The position numbers were made by a program, and so were the translations under genes. Positions 25,325 through 25,644 of a stretch of 25,644 bases of DNA are shown in pieces (positions within the stretch are counted from its first letter, which is position 1; every line of letters begins with the position of its first letter). This DNA is from a virus (Duplodnaviria > Caudoviricetes): the IMG/VR virus record IMGVR_UViG_3300025382_000042, positions 1 through 25,644 of that record. The stretch is one strand, 5' to 3'. The notes under the pieces are model-generated. The model had not been told where the DNA came from. It saw nothing but the letters and a program-made list of their open reading frames with translations, and searched no databases.

Positions 25325-25644
25325 GCATCGGCCAAAAAATACCGTTTGCGGCCTCTATGACAAATTTTGTTAAGGGCGCTATCGACGGCAGATCGCAGCT
25401 AAATGGTCAACAGCTTCCATGTTCCGTCGTCGCAATAGATGGATCAATGGTCACTGTGAAATTTGAACTGACCAGCAACATCACGTTTCCGCAAATCACT
25501 GTGCCACAAGCTATCTCCCGATATGCTCGGCCACCGACACAAGTTGGCGACAAAGGATTCCTTGTGTCGGCTGACGTTTATCTCGGCGGCATGACTGGCC
25601 TTGGTGGTGGTGTGGCGAATTATTCGCGGTTAGATGCCAATTTA
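25321..25644 (+). CDS. Baseplate spike / assembly protein V-like, N-terminal part (runs off the window)
   Basis: ATGA overlap. Open to the window end: MSIGQKIPF...LPCSVVAIDGSMVTVKF...PTQVGDKGFLV... Confidence 0.7.
   Translation, partial: MSIGQKIPFAASMTNFVKGAIDGRSQLNGQQLPCSVVAIDGSMVTVKFELTSNITFPQITVPQAISRYARPPTQVGDKGFLVSADVYLGGMTGLGGGVANYSRLDANL

Overview
The window is part of a tailed, contractile-tail (myovirus-type) phage genome. Positions 1-550 are a non-coding block of repeats. Positions 600-5570 hold a leftward array of small early or accessory genes: HTH proteins, a DUF6011-like protein, a beta-clamp-like protein, dUTPase, a DUF6378-like protein and a DarA_C-like protein. After a divergent control region, a rightward morphogenesis operon runs from 5734 to the end: small and large terminase, portal, MuF-like head protein, Nudix hydrolase, DUF2213-type protease/scaffold, decoration protein, major capsid, neck, sheath, tube, chaperones, tape measure with lytic transglycosylase, and baseplate genes. 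The standout feature is a 318-aa intein in the MuF-like gene (10411-11364). It shows no sense-strand endonuclease motif. Instead, almost its whole length is overprinted, codon-for-codon on the opposite strand, by a 292-aa gene (11304->10426) with two HTH domains and a Vsr/DUF559-like nuclease domain, and this gene has its own Shine-Dalgarno-like site. Other notable features are a palindromic GTAGCTAC array, 22-bp iteron-like repeats, one beta-rich module found four times in three virion proteins, and a poly-Asp scaffold region with a probable internal start. All family assignments come from recognising motifs by eye, not from database searches.
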